Shown here in pieces: positions 33,471 through 45,800 of a stretch of DNA of 64,000 nt. The stretch's first letter is position 1, and the number at the start of each line of letters is the position of its first letter. Both the position numbers and the translations under genes were made by a program. Origin of the DNA: Vitrella brassicaformis CCMP3155. Lineage: Eukaryota > Protista > Chromerida. The notes beneath the pieces are model-generated. The model made no database searches and had not been told where the DNA came from. It saw nothing but the letters and a program-made list of their open reading frames with translations. The stretch lies in assembly GCA_001179505.1 (NCBI GenBank), contig CDMY01000831.1, positions 186,001-250,000 of the forward strand, written 5' to 3'.

Positions 33471-36400
33471 CTCGTCGTCACGCTGGCCTCCTTGTCGCCA
33501 GCCGTGAGCGGCGATCTTCATAGGGATGAGGTGCACGGTCTCATGAAGCAGCTGCGTGAGGTCATCGCCGACAGCACACGGCCGGACCACATTGCTGCAG
33601 GCGTTGCGGAGCGCTCCGGGGCGGCCGTCGGCGCTCTGCTGGGAGGAGCATTTGAGACGGCTCTGCAGCTGGAGGCATCAAGGCTGCTGACGTCAATCGG
33701 GAAGGCCGGCACCCAGGCCGTTGGGGCCCTCATACGGTAGTGTTGACACAGAGATATAAAGAGAGGCATTCTGGGTGTGTCTGTGTCAGGGTGGGTGTCA
33801 TCTCTTCTCTTGTGAGGGCCATCAAGCGTGCTGTAGACCTCCCAGACGAAGAGCTTGCCTCAGCCATCGTCATGCCCTTGCACCAGGTTGTGCTCGTGGC
33901 CGATGAGAATGGCTTACCGTGGAAGGATGAGCTGTTCGAGGCCGACGGGCTGCCTCCGCTCGTTCGGCTGCTGGACCACCAGCACGAGGAGGTCAAGAGA
34001 GCCGCAACCACCATCATCAGGAAGCTCCAATTCGCTCTGTGTGTGGCTCCAAGACCTGCGTGTGTTGATGTGGCCTACACCTTGTTCGAGCATGGGGCGC
34101 TCAAGAAGCTCTCGGCATTGCTGTTACGGCCCGATGTCGAGATGCGTCACAATGCCGTTGTCATTGTAGAACACATCTTGATGCCCATACTTGATGACCT
34201 TCGTAAGATGGAACACCCACACCAACCACTGCAGGGCACCACAACCCTCTCTTTGTTTGTGTATTTGTTTGTTTGGTCCAACTGTGTGTGATCGATATAT
34301 CAGCCGAGCGGCCTGGGCTGCAGCAAGCCGTGATTGAGACCATCATCGATTCTGAAGTGTTGCCCAAGCTGGCAGTCGCCGCATCAGGCAGCCATGTTGG
34401 CCGAGGAAGCCATGCAGCTGCCTACATCCTGCCGTATCATCGTGTGTGTAACCTGCTGATACACAGGGGGAATGACACCCAGGTGAGGTGGCAAGGAAAG
34501 AGACAACAGCTCTTCTTAATTTCTCTCAATCTTCCTCTGGATGTGTCTGTGTGTGCGTTGCGTTGGATGCAGCAAGTCTACGCAGCTGCTCACGGATGCA
34601 TTGAAAAGGCGTGTGTCTTCCTGACGGCGCGTGTCAAGCAGATGCAGGCGCCGTTGTCGGACTGGGATTACTTTGACACTCTCCTGGTCGACTCCTTGGG
34701 GGGTGCCCTCAGGTCCACTCCTTCGCCTTGGGACACCTTCTACCAGAATTCGCTCAGTGGCAGTTTGAGGCAGCGAGCCACAGCCGCCATCCTTACGACG
34801 GTCTCACTGCACTGACCACACGAGGGGCAAAACACCCGAATCGCACGGATCGTCTGTCGTCTTGTGTATCTACCTGTCTGCAGCATGGTTGTGGGCAGTC
34901 GATCAAGGAGCTCGTTGAGCACCCCACTGACGCCATCAGCATGAGAGCCAAAAGGGCCATGGAGCTATTGGAGGCAAACGTGGAGAGCATGGAGGACGAC
35001 AGTGACGACAGTGACGACAGTGGCGACAGTGACGGCACGGACACGGATTCCCTCCTTGACGAGTCGGACGTCAGTATCCTCGATGAACCTGAGGGCCCCG
35101 TTCAGTTCACCGGGCGGGCAGCGGCATCCATCAAGATGTTGACCCTGCAACTGAGGAGCGACGACAAGCAGCAGCTACTGGGTGCGTTGGTGGGAGTGGT
35201 TGAGGGCACTTTCCGAAGCGAGCGTGCGACCACCAAGCAGCTGCTGGTCGCACAGTATGCCGATCAGCTTGGGGAATCTGTCCTGCGTGTCTTGTGCGAG
35301 ACAGAGGACGATGACGTCCAGCGGGCAGCGGGCGAGGTCCTGGGCCTTTTTGCCGGGAGCGGCCCTCGGGTGGTCGATGTGTTCATCCGGTGAGTGAGTG
35401 AGTGAGTGAGTGAGTGCAGGGGGTGGGTACTGTACGCTGGGCGATCGATTGTGGGCTCGTCAATTGTCTCAGGTTTGGCGCGATCCCCTCTCTTGTCCAG
35501 GCTCTCAGACGCAGCACGGAGCTCTCAGGCAGACACGCAGCTGGTGCCCTCAGTCCCCTCAACATTTTACGCCCCCTGCAGCTCCTCTTGCGTGAGGCTG
35601 GTGCTCAGTCGACCAATCAGCTGATGGAGGCGGGCGGGCTGCCCCTCCTAGCCAAGCTGCTGGACCATAGTGACCTGACGGTGAAGGCAGCGGCCGTCCG
35701 CATTCTCGCAGTGACCCCGGGCGGCCACCGAGTCTTGTCAACCCGAATTATCGGCATCGCTATCATCCTTGCCGCCTTAGTCATGCTGCCGCGTTTGTGG
35801 CGCTTCCTCTACGTCCACCTTTTGCGGCTGCGGCAGCACCGACGGGAGCAGCAAGCCGAGCGGCACCAGAGAGACCTGCTGGCTGACGAAGAGGCGGAGA
35901 AGAACAGGGACAATGGCAGAGGCGGCAAGGGGCGACAACAGACCACCGTCCGCAGACGGCCCGTCGCTCAGCCTTCCTCTGGTAGTGATGACCAGGGTGG
36001 GCGGCTCTCCTGTACAACAGCCAGCAGCAGCGGCAGCAGCAGTGGCCGCCAGACACCCAGTGTGCTGCGAGAGGAATCGACCACCGTGGCTGAGATGGAG
36101 TCTGATGACGGCCAGTGGAAGGCGGTGACGCGCAATCGGTCGAACAGGACCAAGAGGGGCGGCAGCACTCAAGCGACTTCCTCTCACCAGACGCCAACCA
36201 GCGCAAGCAGTAGCCTGACGACGCCGTCCAGCAGCCCTGTGACGACGAACGGTGAGGGGCATCCGTCTGAAGGCGTCAGCAGTGCCACATCGTCGGCCGA
36301 TCAGACGCCGCGCGACACTCTGCCGATAAGCGTCAGCATACCAAAGAGGCGGCGGGCGGCCGGGAGGGGCCTGGGGCTGACAACCATCGCACCACCGCCG

Positions 36401-37185
36401 CCATCGATGGGTGCGGCCCCTCCGACTCCCTGGCTGCCGTCAGCAGAGGACATCAGCAGCTCGACGGCTCATCGGCCGCACCTTCCCCCGCCCCCGCCCC
36501 CGCCCCCCAGCCCTCCTGAGGTCTCGTGTGGTGCTGCCCTCAGCGATGTGTGGCCCTCATCGGGGAGTTCGGTGCGTGCTCAAGCTGGTCTGTCCCACAA
36601 CAGGGGCCCCCCGCCTCTCGTCAAGTGCGGCCATGGCCATGGCAGCCAGCTGCAAGCAACGGCCGAGTACGAACGCACACAGACACAGGAAGGACACCTT
36701 TTCATTTATTGTGTCGTTTCAGAGTGGGCCGATTTCGTGACGAGCAGCGCCAGACGAGTGACACGCCCCAGCAGCCCCACCGTCTCTCACCCTCGGCCAG
36801 CGCCAGCACCACCAGCACCACCAGCAGCAGTGCGGCGGCCCTCGAATTGCTCACCGAGGAGCCCAGGAGCCAAGACAGCACACCACAACAAGAGACAGCA
36901 GCGGAGCAGGCCATCAGAGACGGCACGTGTGTCGCCTGCCATGAGCCGGGTCCAACAGTGGTCTTTTTCCCCTGCAAGCAGCGGTGTCTGTGTGCCGCCT
37001 GCTGGGCCATCATGTCCCGCAACCACAAGCGGGCTAAAGGGGAGAGGGAGCGGCTGAGGGCTGAGGGAGTGCCGGACAAGGCGATGGATATGGCCGTGCA
37101 GATCGATGCGGAGCTCAAGTGCCCGGCGTGTCTCACCAAGGCCGACTATGCCACCGATCTGAAGGGCATCAAAGTTACCACATGA
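33429..37185 (+). CDS. ARM-TM-RING receptor-like E3 ligase, copy 3 (extended ectodomain, Pro-rich tail, split RING)
   Basis: MKTEVLPALMLAAALVVTLASLSPA signal; ARM exons (DGLPPLVRLLDHQHEEVKRAATTII; QAVIETIIDSEVLPKL; QVYAAAHGCIEKACVFL; HGCGQSIKELVEHPTDAISMRAKRAMELLE), acidic linker, second ARM unit, TM IIGIAIILAALVMLPRLWRFLYV. Intron 36667-36722 joins the tail in frame to CVAC..PCKQRCLCAAC..CPAC. Confidence 0.85.
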
Positions 37186-38498
37186 CGTAGGTGGGCGAGA
37201 GAGGAAGGGACGGCCGTGAGGTGGGTGACATCTATGTGAGAATGGGGGAAGGAATTAGGCCGTGAATACGTGTCTTTGGGAGGGATGGAGGGCGGGAGGG
37301 TGGCTGGTTTCGCGTATTTGTGTGAGTGCCCCTGTTTGTTCTATCTATCGTTCCCTGTCTCTTTCCTTGTTTATTTGTCCATTAGTTATATTTGTGTCTG
37401 TCCGCCATCCCATGAATGCAGCCACAGCTGAACAGCCGCATTTCCATATCTGTTCGTTCGAGGCCTTAGTGTGTCGTGTCTGTTGTCTGTGTGTGCGCCT
37501 TCACACGAACCTTCCCCTCCGGTGTTTGTAGTGCGTGATCGATTGCCTGCCTATGCAGTCAGTGTGTTCATCGGTCGGGTCGGGTGGCGGTGCGAGTGCG
37601 CCGTAGACACAGCGATTGGTTTGGAAGCTACGCCCCTGTATGTCAATCTGTCAACACATACATGCCATCCCTTCTCAGGTCCGGCATCGCATCGCCGGAT
37701 CATGTGGATCAGCAGCGACACACGTCCCACATACACCATACCATAAACGAATCCAGCCAGCCAACCGGTACCAACCATCCAGCCGTTTGTCAGTCGCCAT
37801 GAAGCAAGCCACTAGTGCGCAGACAGAGTGGCTGGCCACCATTCACTCGACTGACTGACTGACTGGCTGACATAGATGGAGAAAAAGAGCGCAACAGCGC
37901 GACGCTCACAAGATCGAAGCCCAGATCGACCGACACTCAAAGCGACACACCACAGCTGTGGAACTCCCCCTCGCTGCGATAACGTACGTCTATCTATGAA
38001 GATCGGATCACCCCACCCCAAGGAAGGTCTGTGTCAGTCTTCCTCTGCGGGGCCTGTCTGTCTCACAGCCATCAGCGATAATCAATCGGCAAGACACTCA
38101 TAAAAACGTCCTGAAGGTATCAGCCACTCACACACAGTCCCGCATCCATCCAGCCATCCACGACTACAGAACCATAGACACACTCACTCACATATCCCCT
38201 TCTCCCTCTCTCTTACTGTCTGTGGCGCTCACAAATCAATAATGCGCCACTGCGTACACATGAATGTACGACTGTACGCATCTGTGAATGCGATTGTACG
38301 AATGCAGATATGGACGCGATCGGTCATGTCGGTCGGTCAGTCGGTGGATCAGGAGGTGCGCATGAGGTATCTGAGGCTGCCACGGTCAGGCGAAAACCCT
38401 CGGGCAAGGTTGCCTGAACGAACGAACGAACAAAGGAATGCAACGCGACACGACGTACACGTGCGACAAACAGAGGGCGTGTCTTCTCTATCAAGTCG

Positions 38499-39940
38499 CT
38501 ACTCACTTGCAGTTCTGGTGGCATCTCCCTTTACACCCACTCGTAGACCGCTATTCCATGCGCCACGGGCACCCGTCTGAGCGCCGCCCCGCTGCAGAGA
38601 CCTGAACACACACCACACACAGACATAGGACAGGACCGACACACATGGCATACACTCACACGTGTGGAAGTGTGCTGTGTGTGTGCCTACCGTCTGAGGT
38701 CCTCTTCGGCGATTGTGTAGTACTCGATGGCATCTGGATTGGCGTCAGCCGCAGGGCCCTTGAAGACGGCAATGGGCCGATCCATGTCGTCGGAGACGAA
38801 CAGGTTGGCGCCCTCGGCTATCAACACCAACCTGACAAGGCAGGCAGGCAGACAGAGCGGATGTTGTGTGTTTGTGGACGCTATGCTGTGTGTGTGATGT
38901 GTTGACTTGTCGCCGCCGACAAAGTCGACTTCCACCACGGGGGTGCCGTCACTGTCGTTGGTGAAACGCCTGCACACACACCACACACAGATGACATGTG
39001 ATGTGCTGTGTGTGTGTATGGGTCTGTCTGTGGCGTGGGTGTATGGTATGCGCCACATGCCCCCTTCACCTGATGCTCTGGACGAGGTAGACGTTCTCCT
39101 GTGTGCGGGTGTTGTTCTCAGGGTCGATGGGATATGTCCACCGCAGGTATATCGTCTCGATCTGCACACACACACACACACACACACACACGGCCACTGT
39201 CGGTCGGACAGAGTCCCGACAGAGAGGCACGACTGTCGTGTACCTTGTCGACGTTGGTGAGGTTTGCCTCGAGGAGGCCGAAGATGCCCGTGGTGTCGAG
39301 GTACTCGGCTGTCTTGACCACACGCTGGTTGTCACCACGGAGGATCGCCAGCTGGTTACACACACACAGGCAGGCAGGCAGGCAGACACATGCCGTGCCC
39401 ATAGGTGACAGGACAGCCCGGCCCCGTCGTGTGGTGTCCAGGAGACGACTCACTCAGTCACTCACCTTGTCAGGTTTGAAGGTGTAGCCCTCGTCGATGG
39501 CCTGCTGAATGCGCGAATACAGGTCTGCACACAGACAGACCAGACCGAGATGCACACTCGTCCAGTCCACCGACACCCTCACAGGCCATTCATACATACC
39601 AGGGCATTCGTCCTCGACGTCGACTTGCAGGCGGCGCAGACTGTCATGGGCAGGCTGCAGACAGAGGGAGGATAGGACATATGCACACGCGCGCAAACAC
39701 ACGAATGTTTCACTTAGATCTGAGGGTCATGAGAGATCTCTCACCCGGCCCCGCACCTGTGCATCGCTGATCTTCCTCTCAATGCGGTCCAGTTTCACCA
39801 GCAGGAACACCAGCAGCAGAGCTGACACATGGCACACAGCACAGCAACACACACAGAATGAATGCCAGCCCATTGATGCCATGCCATGGATAATCTCAGG
39901 CACCTATTGGGACGACAGCGAATATTGTGCTGCGGTCCAT
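38499..39940 (-). CDS. Hypothetical single-pass (type II-like) membrane protein
   Basis: Exons splice to MDRSTIFAVVPI|ALLLVFLLVKLDRIERKISDAQ ... LYSRIQQAIDEGYTFKPDK ... IETIYLRWTYPIDPENN ... VRLVLIAEGANLFVSDDMDRPIAVFKG ... DATRTASE*. No family recognised. Confidence 0.6.
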
Positions 39941-40084
39941 GGCGGGCGGCTGTCGAGTCGACTTGTGTGTGGGGAATGACTGAAGGATAGACGGTTCTGC
40001 AAGGATAATCCTTCCCCACCAGCGAGCTTTTGACGGATCGCCTGAGATGACAAGATGGTCAAAAGAATAGAGTAAGGACAGGTG

Positions 40085-42234
40085 ATGCGTAGCGCGATGG
40101 AGCCTCCCTGCATCAATGACTCATCTCTCTTCAGCGGCCCTCTCACCTGGCACAATTTGCAGTCTGTCGTCCGCAGCTCCTTCCGCACTCTATACGATGG
40201 TACGTACGTATGCCAGGCACCCAAAGGGCACCACAAAACACCAGTTCACATCAACTGCATGTCCGTGTCCCCTATCTGTGTGGCTGCAGCCGTTAAGGCT
40301 CAGAACGAGGCTCTGCGAGCACTGGAGCGCAAGATGGAGACCAAGGCCGACCAGAGCACCACCGAGGCGTCAGTCGCCTCACTGCAGACACAACTCAAGG
40401 GAACGGCCAGCATCGATTTGGTCCGCACCGTCGACGCATTGGCGCAGCAGATGGGCGAGATGCGCGAGGCCATCGACCACAAGACGGCCGTGGGGGACGT
40501 CAATCGCTCGCTGGATGAAGTTCTGGTCGAGGCCACCCGGCAGTGCGAGCGGCTCATCACTGAGAGGACCGACGGCCTCACGAGCACCGTAGCCGCATTG
40601 CAGGCGGCACAGCGGGACGACAGAGTCGCCATCAACGCACTCGAGAGCCGAGTGGCGGCACTCGAGGGCCAGCTGAGAAGCACTGATGGCGGTCAGCAGC
40701 CCACCCAGTCGTCCCCTCCCGCCCCCTCGTCTGTGCAGCGCGACGCCATGATGGCGTCTGTGCGTGACCTAAAGGAGCAGGTCACCTCGGTCGGCCTGGC
40801 ACTCGACGGCAAGGCATCCATCGGGGACCTCCGCCGCGTGGCGTCAGCAGTGGACAGACGGGCCACGAGCGAAGAGGTGGCGACCCTGCGGCGGGCGGTG
40901 GAGAGTCGCGCAGCGGCCACCGACGTAGCTCAGCTGACCAAGCGAGTGGAAGGGCACATGACGGAGAGCCAGGTGGACAGCATGGTGAGTCAGAAGGTCA
41001 AGACTACCGTCGTCAAGCCCTTCAAGAGCCTGCAGGCCGTGCAGGAGGAGGTGCAGTCGCTCAGAGAGGGCGTGGCGGCGCACGAGCACAAGGTGGGTGG
41101 GCGGGTGGGGCGTGCAGAGGAGCGTGTGGACCGTCTGGAGCAGCATGTGGCCACTGTGGCGCGGCAGCGTCGCGAGGAGAGGGAGAGGGCCGATAGTGAG
41201 GTCAGGGAGCTGCGGGACGACGTGGTAGCGGTGGGAGAGGCGGTCAAGGGAGTCAAGGGGCGGGTGGGGGAGATGGACACCGCAGTCCAGACACAGCGCA
41301 CACACATACAGGTAAGGTGCGCACACGGATTGGCAGGCAGGCAGGGAGGGAGGGAGGGGAAGAAGAGGACAGGCGCTGAGACCGTTTCGCATTGTCCTGT
41401 CCCTCGTGTGTGCGGATGCAGCGTGTATCCGAGTCGGTATCCTTGCGTCTAGATGACATGGAGCGGTCCCTCTCCTCCATCCCCTCTCTCGCACACTCAG
41501 CACAGTCCCTGCAGACGAACCTCGAGCAGCTCAGCCACACCGTCAGCAGCCACCACGCATTTCACACACAGCAGCACGACACCATCCGTGAGCAGCTGCA
41601 GCAGACGGCCCACACGAGCGACCTCAAGGCCATGGCGGCCGAGCAGTCGCTCATCAACGACGCACTCTGTGCTGAGAACTCTTTGGGCCGGTGGCTATGG
41701 CGGTCGGGGCGGACGGAGAGCGGCCTGCTGACACTGTCACCAGGAGCACCACATCATGGTTCGGGGGAGAGTGGCGGGCCGCCTGTCGCCCTAACCTGCC
41801 ATGAAGTGGAGGTCGTCAACACATGTAGAGATGAAGAGAGACACACAGACTCTCGTTGTCGATGTGAATTGATGATGTGTGTCATGTCCACAGGTCCGGA
41901 CAACCTCTTGTGGCAGTCCGGCAGCACCTTTGTGGTGGCCCGCGCCCCCGGGCTGTACGAGGCCACTTGTGGCGTGTTCGGGGGCGATGCGGCCAAGGTG
42001 GGCCTCATAGTCAACGATCGCAAGGTGGTCGAGACCAGCGGCAGACGCACTATCGACGGCGGCGCGTCGGCCAGCGCTGTTGGGGGCTGCACGATGATAG
42101 AGTATGTGGTGCTGCCGGCCCAGGCGCGTGTGTCAGTGTGTGTGGCGGAGAGGGGTGGAGACAGGGCGAGGAGAGTGGGGGAGGGACAGACTGTCACCTC
42201 TTGCGAGGGGTTCCTGGGGCTGCGGAAGCTATGA
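40085..42234 (+). CDS. Long coiled-coil protein with C-terminal C1q/TNF-like beta domain
   Basis: About 450 aa of heptads, then LCAENSLGRWLWRSG...VEVVNT|GPDNLLWQ...APGLYEATCGVF...LIVNDRKV...EYVVLPAQARVSV...EGFLGLRKL*, a pattern I recall from a conserved protist coiled-coil/C1q-like family (not verified). Confidence 0.7.
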
Positions 42235-42872
42235 TGAATGGACTGTTCGAGTGTGGATAGATGCAACCATGTGTGAGTGCTCGGACGGACAGGAGTTGGT
42301 GTCCGTGTCCGTGTCCGTGTCCGTCTATGAAAGTTATTTGTAACCACGTGAACGCCACGCCCATGCAGACAGAGCCCACAAACAGACATACATCCAACAT
42401 TTCTTTGTCCACGTGTCAGTCAGCCCACAGAGTAGCTTGACCCAGCAAGCGACAGCTACAGATCAGTAAACAATGTACGTACGACATGATAAATACAAAC
42501 ATACATACATACATACTTGAGTACTAAGGTATGTGGCGGAGACCAATGAATGCACCAGCCAGCAGAGAGACACCTGCGGTTCTCAACCCGTGATGCACTT
42601 GTATCTATCTCCCATCACGACACAAATGAATGACAGACAGACAGATCAGTAAGTAGATGACATGATCCACCCAGCTAAATTCTAATTGTTCGGACCGGCA
42701 GCACAGAAGGGCCGGTCGTACACAAACAAATAGAGAGTGAGAACCTGTCTAGTCTCCCATACACACACACTGACACTCCTTTCTCCCTCGCAACGAGCAG
42801 ACAGGCATGCACATGCCATGGATGGAACTAATTAACTGTCGACGCCTTCCCCTCCCTCCCTCCCTCCCTCCC

Positions 42873-45800
42873 TCATTCGGGCTGCGATATGAAGGGATTT
42901 GAGACCCACTGCAAGGCCTCCGCCATTGTCCCGGCGAAATCCACCGCCTTGCTACACTGCTCGCACCGATATTCCGGCTCGTCCAGCAGCTCCAGCTGCT
43001 CCGCACCCTCACCCTGCGCCAGCACCACGTTAGCCCGTTTCCTATCGGCGTTCTCGGCCCTCACCCGGCCGAGTCTCCGCTGCCAGGCCTGTTTGCGGTT
43101 GGCATAGCAGGTGGTGCAGATGTGCATGTGTCTGCAGGGGATGTACATGACGGCCGCGGGGCCGTGCTCGCCGAAACAGACCAGACAGTCCACCATAGAC
43201 GCACTGCTGCTGGCAGCACCGGCGGCGGCAGGTGGGAGTGGGTGGAGTCCCTCATTGAAGCTGCTGGACGGCGGGCAGGCAGGAGACCTGACACAAGCAC
43301 CAGCGAAACAGTCAATCCGTCATCTCCGTGACGCCTCGATCCTCACCTGTCGGGGAATGTCACTGGCCGCCGAACGCCGCCACCACCACAAGACGCAAAC
43401 CTAAGTGAAGGAGACACGGCACAATGGTCGGCAATGAGATGGCCTCCCTCCCTGCCCAATGCTCTGTGTCCTCACCTGCCGCACTTGACGAGTGGCGGGG
43501 GGCCCCTGCGGGACGCACCATCATCAGCACGCACCGAACTTCCCGATGAGGGCCACTCATGGCTGAGGGCAGCACCACACGAGACCTCAGGAGGGCTGGG
43601 CGGAGGGGGCGGGGGCGGGGGAAGGGGCGGCCGATGAGCCGTCGAGCTGCTGATGTCCTCTGCTGACGGCAGCCAGGGAGTCGGAGGGGCCGCGCCCATC
43701 GATGGCGGCGGTGGTGCGATGGTTGGCAGCCCCAGGCCCCTCCCGGCCGCCCGCCCCCTCTTTGGTATGCTGACGCTCATCGGCAGAGTGTCGCGCGGCG
43801 TCTGGTCGGCCGTCGATGTGGCAGTGCTGAGGTCTCCAGAGGGATGCCCCTCACTGTCTCTCGTCGGAGAGCTGCTGGGCGGCGTCATGGGATGGCCATT
43901 GCTGAAGTCGTTTGGCGCCTGTTGTGGGGGCGCCGCCAAATGAGATGAGCTCGGTAGACCAGCCTCCGGTCGCAAAGCTGACCCACCAGTTCTGCCTGGC
44001 CGCCCGCCTTTTCTGCCCTTCTTCTTTCGGTGTCCCTCTGTGGTCTGGGTCCACTGGCCGCCACTGTCTGCCATCGCCTCCACCTGATGCTGATCAGCCG
44101 ATCCATCCCCAGACATGGTGGGTGGCTGGAGGTCACTGCTGCTAGTGGCCCTGGTGCTGGGTGTGGCAGTGGAGGCACTCTCACTGTCATCGTCAGCAGC
44201 AGCGGAGGATGGCTGAGCCGTCGGCCGGCGGGAAGCAGAAGCGTTGGGCTGCCTGGCATGGCCTCTCTGGCCCCTCCCCTGCCCTCTGCTCCTCTCTGCT
44301 TCCTCCTCAGCTATCAGCTGTGCCGCTGTGTCTTCGGCCTGACGCTGCTCACGGCTTTGGTTCCATCGGTCGATGTGGGGCTGGAGAAACCACCACAGCA
44401 CGGAGGCGACAGCCACAAGAAGGATTCCGCCCCCAATCCACGGCGCCCAAGGTGAGGACAGCTGCAAAGGAAGAGTGGTCGGCCTTGTAACGGTGCCTTT
44501 TGGGCCCTGCGTACCGTTTCCCCGGTTGTTGTTCGCCGACGCAGGTCCGCCGCGTAGACGGACAGCGTATTCGTAACAGCCTGTGCGGCGCTGCTGGCAA
44601 TGTTAGCATCAGGGCTCCTTGCAATGTATTCAATCGACTGCTGGCATCTCTGCAGTCACCAAAACAGACCGTGTGCGCCACGCAAGTGACTTAGTGAGTG
44701 CACATCGCATCCGACCATGCTGCCAACGATAGTCTTTGCGACTTCCTGCCCCAAAACGTCGCTGTCCCTGATCAATCAATGCACCACCAACAAACAGACA
44801 GGATGCCTCACCCTTGTGTGGATGGCGTTCGTTGCGTACCTGAGTATCTCTTTGAAGGCCAGGAGCAATGTTGTGATAAGGCCCTCTTCAATGCGCTCGT
44901 GTACAGGTAAGCCCCCCGATATCGGGGTCGAGATGAATGTACACGCCGCCTCGAGGCACCCGTTGTCGACGGCGTACCGACGCTGAACACACAGCAGTGC
45001 ACATCACAATGTACACCGCATGATTCCATTTATGGCATGGGCACATAGTCGAGAAGCGTACCTGTCCTTCGTCCCCCTCGAACAACAGAGAGCTGCACAC
45101 TGCATGCACTAAAGGCATGCAGTCGAGGCCTTTGAAAGCGTTGGGCAGGATGCGGTTTGTGACTATGGCCGTAGGACTGAGGCCAGACTTGCGCCCTACG
45201 ATGTAGTCTGGAGTAAAGTCCGCACACAAACACGCACAGAAGTGAATGACAAACAGCGCCACCTACCTTCGCATATGCGCGTCACCGCCATCGTGAATAA
45301 CAAGACGGCGGCGCGGTCCCGAGTCGAGTTGTCAGATGACAGAAGCAAGGCCGACAGCTTTTCCACACCCCCATGGTTGACAAGAGCATCAGCAAGACCT
45401 GGTGCTGTCACAGCACACGATCCGTCGGGCGATGTGTGGACCGGAATCCTGGCGAGCATCACCACTGCAGCATTCTTGACCGACGAGTGGCTGTGGTCCA
45501 GCAGCTGAAACAGGGGCAAAATGGTAGTAGCAGTCTCGGGCGGACCATAGATCCACGGCAAGTGCTTCAGGATGGCAGTCAGAGGCCTCACGATGTCCTC
45601 CATGTCGCTGTCTGGCAGCTCTAAAGTGCGGCTGAGGGTATCGACAAGCGACGAATGGGTGCCACCTCTGACAAACAGTCTGAAACAGACAGACAGACAG
45701 ACAGTCACACTCGTGCCAGCCGACCGGTGCCACCTCGACTCACCGAGCGAGGGCCTCAGCGGCCTCAGTGCCGGTCTCTGCCACCTGCTGCAAGACAGTC

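Noticed and set aside
33429-35730. Calling the ARM genes ordinary importin-alpha
   Set aside because: There is no IBB domain, the NLS-binding W/N residues are substituted, a signal peptide is present, and the ARM region continues in frame into TM and RING.
37200-38460. Coding potential in the spacer after copy 3 (similarly 53500-54100)
   Set aside because: Short ORFs dominated by microsatellites with no consistent exon chain; treated as UTR/intergenic.
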